Origin: Eledone cirrhosa
Lineage: Eukaryota
Assembly: GCA_964016885.1 (NCBI GenBank)
Contig: OZ024754.1
Location: 7,378,001-7,442,000 of the forward strand
DNA length: 64,000 nt
Direction: 5' to 3'
The position numbers were made by a program, and so were the translations under genes. Below are positions 44,691 to 58,151 of the stretch, piece after piece. Every line of letters starts with the position of its first letter. Positions within the stretch are counted from its first letter, which is position 1. Below the pieces are notes generated by a model that was given only the letters and a program-made list of their open reading frames with translations, was not told where the DNA came from and searched no databases.

Positions 44691-45147
44691 ACTACCAGTG
44701 GTAGCCGGCCTGACACGGCATACGGTATTTTGGAACGCGGGCCGCCAACAGACCTAATCGTGGAAAAACTGCATGCCTGGACAATATGTAAAGAAAATAA
44801 ACCGAATACTCTGATGGCTGGATAATCTTTAAGATTTTCCTCGATGAAGAAGGAAAAATGCAGGTTTTCACCTAATGCGGGCCCTAGACCATAGAAAAGT
44901 TGGATTTTCTTTGCTCACGGTATGAAGAAGAGACTGACTAATACATAGTTACAATTTCAAGGAAATCGGTCTGACGTAACGCCTCAAAGAACCCCTAAAA
45001 AGCTGAAAAAAACCCAGTTGAATTTGTTTATGTGCATAACTCTCACTGACACATAAGTAATACACATGTAAAGTTGGGTACTTCTCGAGTTTTAGGGATT
45101 CAAACTCACACACATAGACAGACATCCTCAGTTTTATATATATAGAT
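44691..45147 (+). mobile_element. Non-autonomous Helentron/DINE-1-like element
   Basis: Starts ACTAC...CCGGC; ends CACACATAGACAGACAT...TTTTATATATATAGAT. Confidence 0.5.
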
Positions 45148-45169
45148 ATGTGTGTGTGTGTGACTTCAC

Positions 45170-45218
<49 letters not shown>

Positions 45219-45772
45219 ACTTCACATGTATATATATATATATATATACATTTATATACATGTATATATATATACTTATACATACTAATGTGAAAATATT
45301 TTTTCCAATCATATGACTCTATCTTCTGGCTATTTAGAATATTACTTTACAATGATATTTTTATTTGACAGCTAAAAGCTGTAAATAATGATTTTTCTAA
45401 GTATTTTATAAAATAATGCTTTCGTTAAAACAAAATAGATATATATAATAATTTTAGAAAACAGAAAATATTAGAGCCATAACGTAAACAATAAATCCTT
45501 TAAAGCTATAGAAAAAATAAGAAAATGACATGCTATGCATCAATATTTACGTAATTTGAATATGCTTAACTGCTTTTCATTATGTTCTATGCTTTTTGTT
45601 CTTCGTTCTTTGCTGAGAATGTCTGAAATCCCGCAGTTTAATGTAAATCTCCATATACGGCTTTTATAGAAAACTATCACTTCGTAGAACACACATGATT
45701 CTAAAATTCTGAAGTCCATTTCTACCATGTATTCTGTAAACCATACTCTATGAGAAAATACATCGATAGGGC

Positions 45773-46667
45773 CACAATTTCCTTCCTCACAATAGTGAGA
45801 GATGGGGAGAGCAGGAGTGACGGAGGCTGTGACAGTGAGAGTTTGGTTCTTCTGTGTTCAGACCTGGTGTATATAGTTATAGTAATTTCCTGACAATAGT
45901 GAGAGATGGGGGGAACGGGAGAGACGGAGGTTGTGACAATGACAGTGAGAGTTTGGTTCTTCTGTGTTCGGACCTGGTGTATATAGTTATAGTAATTTCC
46001 TGACAATAGTGAAAGATGGGGGGAACGGGAGAGACGGAGGTTGTGACAATGTCAGTGAGAGTTTGGTCCTTCTGTGTTCGGACCTGGTGTATATAGTTAT
46101 AGTAATTTCCTGACAATAGTGAGAGATGGGGGGGAACGGGAGAGACGGAGGTTGTGACAATGACGGTGAAAGTTTGGTCCTTCTGTGTTCGGACCTGGTG
46201 TATATACAAAATAGTGATAGTAATTTCCTGACAATAGTGAGAGATGGGGGGAACGGGAGAGACGGAGGTTGTGACAATGTCAGTGAGAGTTTGGTCCTTC
46301 TGTGTTCGGACCTGGTGTATATAGTTATAGTAATTTCCTGACAATAGTGAGAGATGGGGAGAACGGGAGAGACGGGGGTTGTGCCATGACAGTGAGAGTT
46401 TGGTCCTTCTGTGTTCGGACCTGGTGTATATACACAATAGTTATAGTAATTTCCTGACAATAGTGAGAGATGGGGGGAACGGGAGAGACGGAGGTTGTGA
46501 CAATGACGGTGAAAGTTTGGTCCTTCTGTGTTCGGACCTGGTGTATATACAAAATAGTTATAGTAATTTCCTCACAACAGTGAGAGATAGGGAGAGCAGG
46601 AGTGACGGATGTTATTACAAAGACAGTGAGAGTTTGGTTCTTTTGTGTTCAAACCTGGTGTATATAT
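45773..46667. repeat. 110-119-bp minisatellite, ~8 copies
   Basis: Unit ATAGTTATAGTAATTTCCTGACAATAGTGAGAGATGGGGGGAACGGGAGAGACGGAGG...TTCGGACCTGGTGTAT; isolated inverted fragment at 57711-57767. Confidence 0.95.
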
Positions 46668-47200
46668 GAGTATACAACCTGCTGCGACACCTTCTCCGCC
46701 TCCAATTTAGTCTCGTCAGCCACAAACCCTGGAATCGCGGCCCGCCTCGCAGAAGAACGTAAAATAAACAAATACCGGGGTTTGTCCGCCCGCTCCCTCT
46801 TCGCACTGGCACAGTTGAGACCTCAGGCATACTTGGATCCCCGAACTGCCGAGCTCCTCCGCAAGATCGGAACTTCAGCGGCCCGTCTGTGGAGGGAGCC
46901 CTGCCAGGTTGGATGGTTGTTGCAGCGGGTGTCACTGGCTATCGTCCGGGGGAATGCTTTTGCCTTCTGTCAGCGGGGCGCCGCACTTCTGCCCTCTTGC
47001 CCTAGGCCCAATCCCCCACCCCCTTCACCCTCTCCTCTCTTCTACGAACCAGAGCTCTTGCCATGTTCTTCCCTTCTCCTTCTTTTTCTTCTTTCTTTCT
47101 CTCTTTTTTTTATATTTCCCTATATCTCCCTATCTTTCTTTCCTCTTGTTTCCCCCTTTTTTTTTATTTCTTCTTACTAAACTTTATTTTAAAAATAAAC
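46668..47200 (+). mobile_element. 3' end of CRE-clade non-LTR retrotransposon (restriction-like endonuclease domain), frameshifted
   Basis: TCCDTFSAS...GIAARLAEERKINKYRGL...LLQRVSLAIVRGNA; VETSGILG lies in an alternate frame; pyrimidine-rich 3' UTR with AATAAA. Confidence 0.8.
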
Positions 47201-47415
47201 ATTTAAAGGGTATTTTAAGAACTGCTCAAATCTTAAAGGCAGATGCCATGTCACATTTCCTAGACTTTCTGTGAATTATCTAGCTAAAGTATTTATGGTC
47301 AAAATAAAATACACGTTTTAACCCGTATACAAAATAGTTACAGTAAGACACTGACTCTACACCAGGCCCCTCGTTTAAAGTAAATACATTAAACGTGTCA
47401 TTCCATACGACAGGG

Positions 47416-47749
47416 AACGGCAGCAGACATTTATGGACGTTATCCATTTCGTGAACCTCTTTTCGATAATAATACATTCTTCTTTAGTCAATTAATGAAG
47501 AGTTCTGACTGCTTTAGTAAAATTATTAATTACTTTATTACAAAGATAGTAACTTAATATATGGTGATTATTTAACATTCTTTTAGAATTTTAAATTAAA
47601 TATAAACAAATGTCAATACTCATCTTTTTCCATTTCTTAGACTCTAAGACTTAAAGGGTTCTAAACCCCAGTCAGGCTAAAATTTCTTTAGTAAAAAGAA
47701 ATACGGCAAAAGATTCTATTTCTAATTTAAATATAAACCTTATAAAATG
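47416..47749 (-). repeat. Right arm of the ~330-bp inverted repeat
   Basis: Reverse complement of 43550-43879. Confidence 0.8.
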
Positions 47750-48093
47750 TAGTTTCACTTCATAGAAACAAGACCAGTTTAGGTCTATGAATAGAGAAAA
47801 CATTTTGTGCCTAGATGAAGCAAGGCAGTGTAAGGTTAAGGAACAACATCATTTAGCATTACAGTCAATCCCTCCCGTGACGATAAAACATGCAACAGTC
47901 ACATGTTTTATCTCAGTCAGACATGTACTTAGCCACATATAGCCAGGTCTACAATATATAGGATAAGGTAATATGTTTATATATGTGAAACAAATGGAAT
48001 TTAATGAAAAAAGTAACATAATTATCAACTCCACCCGTTTTTATCTTATCAAAATGTTTTTATGTTGCCTAACCAATAGCCAATATTAGACTA

Positions 48094-48204
48094 GCCGAGG
48101 TTAACTTTGCCTTTCATCCTTACGGGGTCGATAAAATAAAGTACCAGTAATACACTTGGATAATTGCTGGCCTTGTGCCAAAAGTAGAAACAAATATTAG
48201 ACTA

Positions 48205-48239
<35 letters not shown>

Positions 48240-48504
48240 TATGTATATATATAATATAGAGTACTTTTCATTTATATAGTATATAGTACTTTTTATTTAT
48301 ATATAGTATATAGTAGTTGTGGATTGGCAGTATCGGTAGAGGGTCGGACGCCATGCTTTGGCGCAAAGAGTTACGGCCCTTTCCATTCTGAGTTCAAATC
48401 TCGCCGAGGTTAACTTTGCCTTTCATCCTTACGGGGTCGATAAAATAAAGTACCAGTAATACACTGGGTAATTGCTGGCCTTGTGCCAAAAGTAGAAACA
48501 ATTA
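48094..48504 (+). mobile_element. Two SINE copies (48094-48196 truncated with TSD; 48318-48504 near full-length)
   Basis: Family consensus; ATATTAGACTA flanks the first. Confidence 0.85.
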
Positions 48505-48869
48505 TTTATATAGTATATAGTTTATGTATATATAGTATATAGTACTTTTTATTTATATAGTATATAGTGCGTTTTATTTATTAATAATTTTTCTGTATAC
48601 AATTGCATTTATATTTGTTTGATGTAAAAATTTGAGACGGCACCTGGTTATTGTTCTGTGGCTACATTTCAAGACATGTTTCTTATCTTAATACTGGAAG
48701 GAAATGTTGGTAATAAACAACATTGAATTTCCATCAATAGAAATACTTTCATAGAAAACTCTGCTTATGGTGATATATTGTCAATAAAAGAAAGTAACAT
48801 TTTTTTATAATATTCAATAATATTTATTGGTTGTAATAACCGAAGTTATGACTGTGCATTTCTATAGAG

Positions 48870-49370
48870 CCAAGATTCTCAAACGTTTGGAGCCACTTCC
48901 CCACTCACGGCCACGATATACACTCAGCCCCCAACTCTATTTCCAGAAAGATCTGCCTACAAGCAAATTGTAAATAATGTGTAATAAATAAAATTGTTAA
49001 TTTATATCTAATAAATAATTGTTTCTACTTTTGGGCCGTAATTAAGATAATTGTTTCTACTTTTGGTACAAGGCCAGCAATTACCCAGTGTATTACTGGT
49101 ACTTTATTTTATCGACCCTGTAAGGATGAAAGGCAAAGTTAACCTCGGCGGGATTTGAATTCAGACCATAAAGGGCCGTAATATATACTATATTATATAT
49201 AGATATTATATATCTTTTATTTTACTATATTTATATGATAGATATCATTTGATATTTAATATATCATATCTACCACCCTACCCCACCACCCTCTTAGGCC
49301 CGAGCACCCCCAGGACTTTCTCAACGCCCCCCCCCCCGGGTGACGGTAACACCCACTTTGAGAGCCTTTG
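48870..49370. mobile_element. hAT-type MITE with nested SINE (49014-49180, minus)
   Basis: 8-bp TSD CTATAGAG on both sides; imperfect TIRs CCAAGATTCTCAAA / TTTGAGAGCCTTTG. Confidence 0.65.
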
Positions 49371-49687
49371 CTATAGAGTATACCTCTATTTAGTTGTTGT
49401 TGTTGTTGTTGTGTCATGTTGGGGTTGTCAGCTTTTGAAAATGTTCACACCTGTTGTTGGTGTTGTTGTTGTTGATGTAGTAGTACTAGAGCATCGGACA
49501 CTATACTTCGCAGCAATGAGTTATGTACCTTTACGTTCTGATGAGTTCAAATCCCGACGAGGATAGCTTTGTCTTTCATACTTACGGAGTCACCAAAAGA
49601 CAGGATGTTTACGACTGGAACACTGTGGATCCCAGATTCAGTCCCTAACTACAGGATTGATAGTTATATTTCTTAATATGCCTCAAT

Positions 49688-49978
49688 GCAGTATCGGTAG
49701 AGGTTCGGACGCCATGCTTTGCAGCAAATAGTTACGGCCCTTTATGGTCTGAGTTCAAATCTCGCCAGGGTTAACTTTGCCTTTCATCCTTAGAATTACA
49801 ACAGTAAGTGCTAGCGTTACAAAGAGGTAAAGACAGACCTAGGGTTAAAGAACAATAGCAGCAGTAAGGGCTAACGTACATGAAAACAGTTCATATGCCT
49901 AGCAGGCCTAATTCATAGGGCACAAGGCCAGTAATGTACTGGGTAATTACTGGCCTTGTGCCAAAAGTAGAAACAATT
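49688..49978 (+). mobile_element. SINE interrupted by a 130-bp locally templated insertion
   Basis: SINE 5' part ends at 49790; 49791-49920 copies ~50127-50254; SINE 3' end resumes at ~49928. Confidence 0.8.
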
Positions 49979-50273
49979 AATTAAATGTGTACATTTGTGT
50001 GCTTACCGTATCTTGTTCATGATCTTATGCCTGTACATGGCATTATATTCCTTAACTTGTTTTATAACATTTTATGTTAATAGATGTATAAATAATCAAG
50101 TGAGTATTGAATTCTCGCCCACCCTGTAGAATTACAACAGTAAGTGCTAGCGTTACAAAGAGGTGAGACAGACCTAGGGTTAAAGAACGATAGCAACAGT
50201 AAGGGCTAACGTACATGAAAACAGTTCATATGCCTAGCAGGCCTAATTCATAGGGAACATTGGGACAATATGA

Positions 50274-50482
50274 TGGCGTGTGGCTAATTGGTTAGAGAAT
50301 AGATTCGCAATCGGGAGGTTGTGAGTTCAATTCCTGGACCGGGCGAAGCGATATGTCCTTGAGCAAGACACTTTATTTCATGTTGCTCCTTCTACCTAGA
50401 GTTGCGACCGATAGATAGTATTAGCAATTGGAAAGACCAACGGAAACATTGTTTCCTCGGTCCGATTTGACGAAAGTCGAAA
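50274..50482 (+). mobile_element. tRNA-derived SINE, V-like domain
   Basis: Same family as 34833-35047. Confidence 0.85.
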
Positions 50483-51557
50483 GACAAATTTTATGTCACA
50501 GTTAATAACAATTAAATCTCCCAAGAAAACTCCCAACAAATGTGTCCGGACACGAAAGAGACAACGCGCAGGGGTCGATTTAATCGAGCCCCCCCCCCCC
50601 CCCCCAATGGCTGGCCTTGTGCCTAAATCAGAAATCATTATTTATGTGTTGGGGAATATTTATTTTAGAACGCAACTAGGAAACGCCTTCTCCATCCTGT
50701 CCGCCGGGGCTGTAGGGAGGCCACCCATATGATTGTCTGGTCATTTTATCAGTCAGATGCCCCGATGATTATATATCAGTCAGATGTCCCAATGACTATA
50801 TATATACATTAACAGAATACTGAATGGGTTTATAACAAAACTAAATAAATACAAACTAGGAGCAATCTTCTGCATTTTCAAACAATTTTATTTCTTACTT
50901 GTTAATTAAAACATGGATTAGTTTATTTCATTTAAATCAAACAGGTTTACTTGTCTATAGCCATGAGACATCGGTACACATACTAAAATACACGCTCCTT
51001 CCGACACCACGTACATTTATTTAACAACATTTTAGTGAAATTGAAGTAGTGTATAGAAATAAACCAATTACTTTTTTAATCGTAGAAATTGCATGCCTTT
51101 TGGATGTAATCTCCTCTCCAGAAAATAGAAGTAACACACAGCCAATGTGTGTTCTGTAACATGAATTTATTATAAGCGTATATAAGGTAAGAATATAAAT
51201 TAGATTCCCTCTTACAAGATGTGAAGAAGTTGTGGTAATGGAAAAATAGAATCCCATAAAGAAAGTTATAAATAATGAGGAAGGAAATGGATTTTAGACT
51301 TAATAACGTTAGGTTGTTTTCTTAGTTCATTCTACAATTGAAGAAATACAAAATTAAAATTTATATACATGTCTGCACCGACCGGGTACACACACACATA
51401 CACACACATATACACACACATACACACACACATACATACCCATACACACACACACACACCCATGCCATACACACACAAATATATATATAATACACTGGTA
51501 TTAAATTGGTTATTAAATTGTGGTGCATTATTTCGCATACGTGTACATTTTTTGTTT

Positions 51558-51590
<33 letters not shown>

Positions 51591-51597
51591 ATAATAA

Positions 51598-51810
51598 TAA
51601 TTTCTTATATAGGCACAAGGCCGGCAATTTTGGGGAGGGTAAAGTCGATTTATTTTGACCCCAGTGCGTCACTGGTACTTTAATTTATCGACCGCTTAAG
51701 GATGAAAGGCAAAGTTAACCTCGACGGGATTTTTACTCAGATCACAAAAGGGCCCTATCTCTATGCTGCAAAGCATGGTGCCCGATACTCTACCGATACT
51801 GCCAATCAAC
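51598..51810 (-). mobile_element. SINE (Meta-like family)
   Basis: Family consensus, longer 3' variant. Confidence 0.85.
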
Positions 51811-51996
51811 CCAAATGCAGTACATTCTGCATGTGGGTGGAACACCACTGAAGCATCTGCAGTAGTTGTAGATGGATCTGGAAAAGTAAAAAAAAGTTTA
51901 AAAAAATGAAATTTTCAGGTCTTGCATATACAGAATCAATTAGCTCCGTACGATGATGCATCGCGTCGGAGGTTCCTATGGTGTTTTAGTGATGAG

Positions 51997-52183
51997 ATAA
52001 TTGTTTCTACTTTAGGCACAAGGCCAGCAATTACCCAGTGCATTACTGGTACTTTATTTTATCGACCCCGTAAGGATGAAAGGCAAAGTCAACCTCGGTG
52101 GGATTTGAACTCAGATCATAAAGGGCCGTAACTATGCTGGAAAGCATGGCGTCCGACCCTCTACCGATACTGCCAATCCACCG
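51997..52183 (-). mobile_element. Full-length SINE with 16-bp TSD
   Basis: TTAGTGATGAGATAAT on both sides. Confidence 0.88.
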
Positions 52184-52294
52184 TATTAGTGATGAGATAA
52201 TATCCCAGAAACAGACCAAGTAATTGAAAAAGGAAAATGCGTCCAGAAAAGCAGAAGGGATACTTCAAAGACCCATATAGATGTAAAGATTGTA

Positions 52295-52459
52295 AGAAGG
52301 TCGGACGCCATGCTTTGCAGCATAGTTACGCCCCTTTACAGTCTGAGTTCATATCCCACCGAGGTTCACTTTGCCTTTCATCCATATGGGGTCGATAAAA
52401 TAAAGTACCAGTAATTTACTGGAATTATTGCTGGCCTTGTGCCAAAAGTATAAACAATT
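52295..52459 (+). mobile_element. SINE (Meta-like family)
   Basis: Family consensus; inverted relative to the 51997 copy ~110 bp away. Confidence 0.85.
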
Positions 52460-53479
52460 AATTAGCCATAACAGAAAACTGCTCCGGCATGAAACTAAAT
52501 GTAGCCCTAAATAAGCAAGCATTTTATCAAGTCTACTTCAATCATGCCGTTTTTATTCTGACATATAGCAACAGTTTTCATTGATCAATAGGCTGCGACG
52601 TTTGGTATATTTAGCTGTTATTTCTAGCAATCCGACTGACCAATTAAGGATATTAGCGTTTACTCATCTTTAGTTTAGTTTCGGTAAATATATAGAAATA
52701 TATATTTTAAAATGTCCTTTCGAAAATTGTAAAAAAAAAACAAAAAAAAAACAAAAATTAATTAAAAAATGAAATATTAAGAAAATAAATCAACTTTAAA
52801 AAATTTGAAATTACTTCAGAATGAAATACCATTTCCCTTGGCAATATCTCTTCTTGCCTTCCAATCCTTACTCAGCATCAACAGTATTTTATTGAATCTA
52901 TCGTAACTCTATAAAGCAATATTAACATTGACTAAATTTTTATATTTCATTTGTACTGCTTCAATATGTTCCATCTTGTCGGAATTGAAAATAATGTTTA
53001 TATTTATTTAATTATTATTTTTATTAAAATACTGTTTATATTTTTGATGTTCAGATTCAATTCTGTTCGTATTGTTTTATAGCTTTCTCTTACATTATTT
53101 CTCACCATATCTGTTGATGCTTTACAAGTACTAGAAAGCTCCGTTTGATCTTGGATATATGTTCTATGCTGGAGAATGTTTTTACTTTACTCCTACAGAA
53201 ATTTAATCATCTGCAAAGGAAATGCAATAGATATTTTCTTATTAGCTTTTTTCTCTCCTGCATTTGTAGTCTCAGTGTCACTGTAAAGAATGTTACTGTT
53301 CATTTTAACAGTTTTACAGACAGAGACGCAAGTAGTAAATCTCAAATATTATAAATCAAGTTTTAAATTGAAATGGGGAGTAGGTAGGATAACATGTCTG
53401 GCAAAGACTATATTTGAGGTAATAAGTGTGAAAACTTGATATTCGCAACAAAAAGTGATTTTAATACGAGAAAATTTAT

Positions 53480-53677
53480 GATAATTGTTTCTACTTTTGG
53501 CAGCACAAGGCCAGCAATTATCCCAGCGCATTACTGGTACTTTATTTTATCGACCCCGTAAGGATGAAAGGCAAAGTTAACCTCGGTGGTATTTGAACTC
53601 AGACCATAAAGGGCCTTAACTCTTTGCTGCAAAGCATGGCGTGCGACCCTCTACCGGATACTGCCAAATCCACCGCC
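53480..53677 (-). mobile_element. Full-length SINE with TSD
   Basis: AATTT(T)ATGATAAT on both sides. Confidence 0.88.
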
Positions 53678-54195
53678 AATTTTATGATAATGCATGAAAG
53701 TTTTATGCGGATATCCGTTTCTTGATGTACCAAGAAAATTAATGATAGTTCATGTCAAGCAACTGTGGGTATATGAATATAATGTATAGCCTCACTCTAC
53801 TACTCAGAGTATCGAGTACTCTGCTGATTAATGGTCTAACTAGTTTCAAACTCGGTATTGAGTACTCTTTTCTCTCAGCCAACAACCTCATACGTTAGTG
53901 TGTGTGTGTATACATACAGTGTGTCCGAAAATGTATACCCACATTGATTACCTCTACAGTCAATGTTTATTAGAATGCACAGCCTTTCCCCAAAATAAAA
54001 TGATCTACAGACTTAATTCAATTGTATGTAAAACACCCCAGAATGTTTACATAATTTAAATAATTTTTTATACTTTGGGCACAAGGCCAGCAATTATATC
54101 AGTGCATTACGGGTACTTTATTTTACTATAAAACAGAATTTATTTTAATGCCTTTTTTTAAAGATTTCGTTATATATATATTTTTGGGAGACACC

Positions 54196-54261
<66 letters not shown>

Positions 54262-54264
<3 letters not shown>

Positions 54265-54470
54265 TTTATCCCGGGTTCAACCGGAGTAACCACAGTAAGT
54301 AAGTTAATCAATACATAGAGTATAAATATTTAATATAGAAATGGCTTCGACAGCACTAGAACTGTTTCATTCGGGAGAAATCATCAGAGAGGGGACTGTC
54401 CAAGTAGTATGGTGGTATTTATATCTTTTCTGGTGGTAAGAGTGGGTGGTGATTGGGATGGGTGGAGGTC
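54262..54470 (-). mobile_element. Family I PLE-type fragment abutting (TA)n
   Basis: Reverse complement contains CTGATGATTTCTCCCGAATGAAACAGTTC. Confidence 0.5.
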
Positions 54471-55042
54471 ATTGGTCGATGGATAAATATATATTACCAT
54501 TGTCTCGTCCCAGACAATTGTAGAGATTAATATTTTAACAATTAACTGTAAATGTTCAGCAATAAATCTGATCAGACTCAATTTCAGTGTTATATGTCAC
54601 GTAGACAAATTAAATATAACTTTTATTTGAATTACAAAACTACTTGTAGATATATTCATTAATACAAATGAAACTGTAAATTTTCAATAAATATATAATT
54701 TATAGGCGTAATAACATAAAAACACAAAATATTTTAATGTATGTCTTTAATTTCAAATGAAACAAATTTTATAATTCCGGCGAGTGTGATTGTGTAAATA
54801 TTATGGCTTTCATTTAAAGAATGATAGATGTATATGAAATGATTTAAAAATGAAATTCATATATAGCGAAACCTCTTTGAATTTTGTATGTTATTAACTC
54901 TTAATATCCTGTAATGAATTAGAAAATATCCCAAAATGCTTTTCTTAATTTAAATGAGTATAGTACCATGTTATAGTTTACTTGAAGCATTGTATATAAT
55001 ATGGTTCCTTATATACGCAGGTTCCTTATATACGCAGGTTAG

Positions 55043-55477
55043 TGAAGGCGTGTGGCTGAGTGGTTAGAGAATTGGATTCCTAATCTTGAGGTTGTGAGTT
55101 CGAGTCTTGGACCGGTCGATGCGTTATGTCCTTGAGCAAGACATTTTATTTCACGTTGCTCCTTCTACCTGGAGTTGCGACCGATAGATAGTACTAGCAA
55201 CTGGAAAGACTGATGGAAACATTGTTTCCTCGGTCCGATTTGACGAAAGTCGATCGACTGAAAAAAAAAAAAAAAAAATATACGCACAAGGCCAGCAATT
55301 TGGGGGAAGGGGAAAGTCGATTAAATCAACCCCAGTGCGTGACTGGTACTTTATTTTATCGACCCCGTAAGGATGAAAAGCAAAGTTAACCTCGGCGGGA
55401 TTTGAACTCAGACCGTAAAGGACCATACCTCTATGCTGGGTGTCCGACTCTCTACCGATACTGCCAATCCACCACCC
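55043..55477. mobile_element. Tail-to-tail pair: V-like SINE (+, 55043-55258) and Meta-like SINE (-, 55283-55477)
   Basis: Both family consensuses, separated by an A run. Confidence 0.85.
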
Positions 55478-55589
55478 TTAAATATTATTAATATCAGAGT
55501 AAAATCTTTATTGTTTAATATGATCTAGTCATAGTGCTATTTTGTCCTATTATGTCTTCCCAAAGTGGTTTCACCCATCCTGTAATGAT

Positions 55590-55825
55590 TTGTTCCTCCG
55601 CTGTGATCTGTCACGTGGGAGAAGTAGCGGGTTCCACTCGAGTAACTCTGATTTCTGAGCTACACATCTGTCCAGCGATTCTTTCCTGAGACATTCTAAC
55701 GATATGCTCGTAGTACCGGAGCTGTGATCTCTCAATTCGGAGAAATAACGGCTCTAACTTGGAGTGACTCTCTGATCTCCGAGATAAGCTGTCTGTCGAA
55801 TAACCTTAATCCAAAGACCCTTACT
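55590..55825 (-). mobile_element. RTE-clade non-LTR retrotransposon C-terminal fragment
   Basis: RVFGLRLFDR..SEIRESLQV / RIERSQLRYYEHIVRMSQERIA (frameshifted) matches the RTE QLRWxGHxxRM motif. Confidence 0.7.
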
Positions 55826-56521
55826 TCCTTTAACATAAATACGAAAACTTCTAACTATAAAATTAAACATTAATATTGTGGTAATGTGCCCGCGTACTAA
55901 AGGTAAATGAGAATCATTATATTAGAAAACTACAGACAATTGGAACCTAAAAGCTTCTATAATTATAACTCTCTGGATGGCATCAGTCTTTCTTTGAATA
56001 CCCAATGTTAAAGTATGCCAATACATTAAGTAATACAATTGTAAGATATATTAATATGTCAGCTATATTCAAGCACATTTATCTTTGTATTCGCGGTAAG
56101 CTTTTAAGAACTTTTCATATTTGCTGACTTTTGAAATTCTAAATATATTAAAATGAAAAAAGAATGCCTCAACGAAACAATATATCTATCGTTATATCAC
56201 ATGTATTGTATATCTATCTATAAATCTGCCACAGCCACGCTCTCTCAGCATCTGTTTATGAAACGTCTCATATTTCTATTTACATCACGTTCTTCACTTT
56301 TAACAATGTAAGCACACAGACACAAACATATTCTGATATATATGAGAGCGTATGTGTGTGTGTGTGCCTGCGTGTTTATGTGTACGTGTGTTATGTATAT
56401 ATATATATATATATGTATTTTATTGAATATGTGCTTATATTTGTTTGCATGTACAAAAGAAATATATTTCAACTAACTTATTTATATACCTGTGTGCGTG
56501 ACAGTATGTATATACAATCAG

Positions 56522-56556
<35 letters not shown>

Positions 56557-56623
56557 CGTGTGTGTGTGAATTTGAAATTTCAAATTTTGCTCATTGTATG
56601 TTTACACAACTCCGTTTATATGT

Positions 56624-56945
56624 AGGCGCATAGCTTAGTGGTTAGATCATTGGGCTTGCTGTCTGGAAGATGTGAGTTTGATTTTCGAACTGGGGGATGC
56701 GTTGTGTCATTGAGCAATATACTTTATTTCACATTGCTTCAGTTTACACAACTGTAGAAATGAGTTATGATGTCACTCACTGGTGCCAAGCTGTATCGGC
56801 CTTTGCCTTTCCATTGGACAATATCTGTGGCGTGAAGATGTCTTCTACAAACAACCTTGCCCGGACTTCTGCCTCGGAGGGAAACTTATGCGCCTCGTAG
56901 GTGCAAATACCATTGTCATTTGTGACCGAAGGGCGTCTTTACCCT
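56624..56945 (+). mobile_element. Diverged tRNA-derived SINE, V-like domain
   Basis: TAGCTTAGTGG...TGTCATTGAGCAATATACTTTATTTCACATTGCT. Confidence 0.7.
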
Positions 56946-57984
56946 TACCACACACGCACACACGCACACGCGCACACACGCGCACACGCGTACGCACACA
57001 CGCACACACGCACACATACGCTCCCCCACGCACACATACGCCCCCCACACCCACACACACACGCACACACCGACACAACCCCCCCACATACCCTCCCCCA
57101 CACATACACATACGCCTCCCCCACACACATATTTATATATTGGTCATCCGTAAGTCTATTATGTTACCGCCGACATTGAACGTCCATAGATTAATTGAAT
57201 GTATTCTCACTACAAGGATAAGACAATAGAATTCATTCTCAAGGAAAGGATGACAGTAACTTCGAAATATCAGCGATATTGCCGTAACGACATGTTGCCT
57301 GATCGAGTACAACTGGTTGAGTACAATTGGTTGAGTACAATTGGTTGAGTACAACAGTTTGAGTGCAACTGGCTGTGTAGAATGCTTTGTTTTATTTGCA
57401 TCAGCTTTTTGATCTCCTGGATGTTAACATCTCTCTGAAGTCAACTTAACCATTTATCGTTCTAAATTCTGTAATTAACCGTTTTGAAGGCAACTCGACC
57501 AAAACCACATCTGGTTCCATGAAACAAAACTGCTTATTTTGAAATGCCCTGGCTTATTATCCAACCAAGATTTATCATTGTCAAACCGAATATAATGAGT
57601 TTGAGCTTAGAAATGTCAAATATAAGGCACGGCTATATACAACTGTGGATATTGGTATACATAAACATTTCTCACAGAAAATATAATCATTCTTTCTTAT
57701 ATACAAATATATATACACCAGGTCCGAGCACAAAAGAACCAAACTCTCACTGTGACTGCCGCCCTCCGCTGAATTATAATTTCTCAGAAAATCCTATCCG
57801 AGTTTTCTTCATTTGATAAATAGATTCTAACCAGAAAATATTATGAAATGTAGCGTAAACATTTTTACATTACATTAATCAAGATAAATACATATATTTC
57901 AAATTCGCATTGTGTCAGCTTTTTCTATACATTCTTCATTATATATCCCATTACCCTTAACATATATATATATATATATATATA

Positions 57985-58111
57985 AATAAGTAAAACCACA
58001 CATCCTCCATCTCATTCTGCTTTTGAAAAGCATAAGAACTGTGAAACCCGTAAAGGAAACAGATAAATATCATTAAAGAGACTCATGTTGCATTTTCGAT
58101 TTCTTTTCTTT

Positions 58112-58115
<4 letters not shown>
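57985..58115 (+). mobile_element. Family E fragment with U3-A8 HHR motif (58020-58055)
   Basis: CTT TTGAAAA GCA-taagaac-TGT GAAA CCCG TA / AAG. Confidence 0.65.

Positions 58116-58151
<36 letters not shown>

Noticed and set aside
50679-50712. GNAFSILSAG, like a CRE-clade C-terminus
   Set aside because: Too short to support alone
53106-53210. Minus-strand segment bounded by TTTGCAG and GTGAGA
   Set aside because: Stops in all frames from that acceptor, no recognisable product; cannot support without RNA data
55936-56040. Possible exon reading KASIIITLWMASVFL*IP, like a GPCR TM4
   Set aside because: In-frame stop, weak acceptor, no neighbouring exons found
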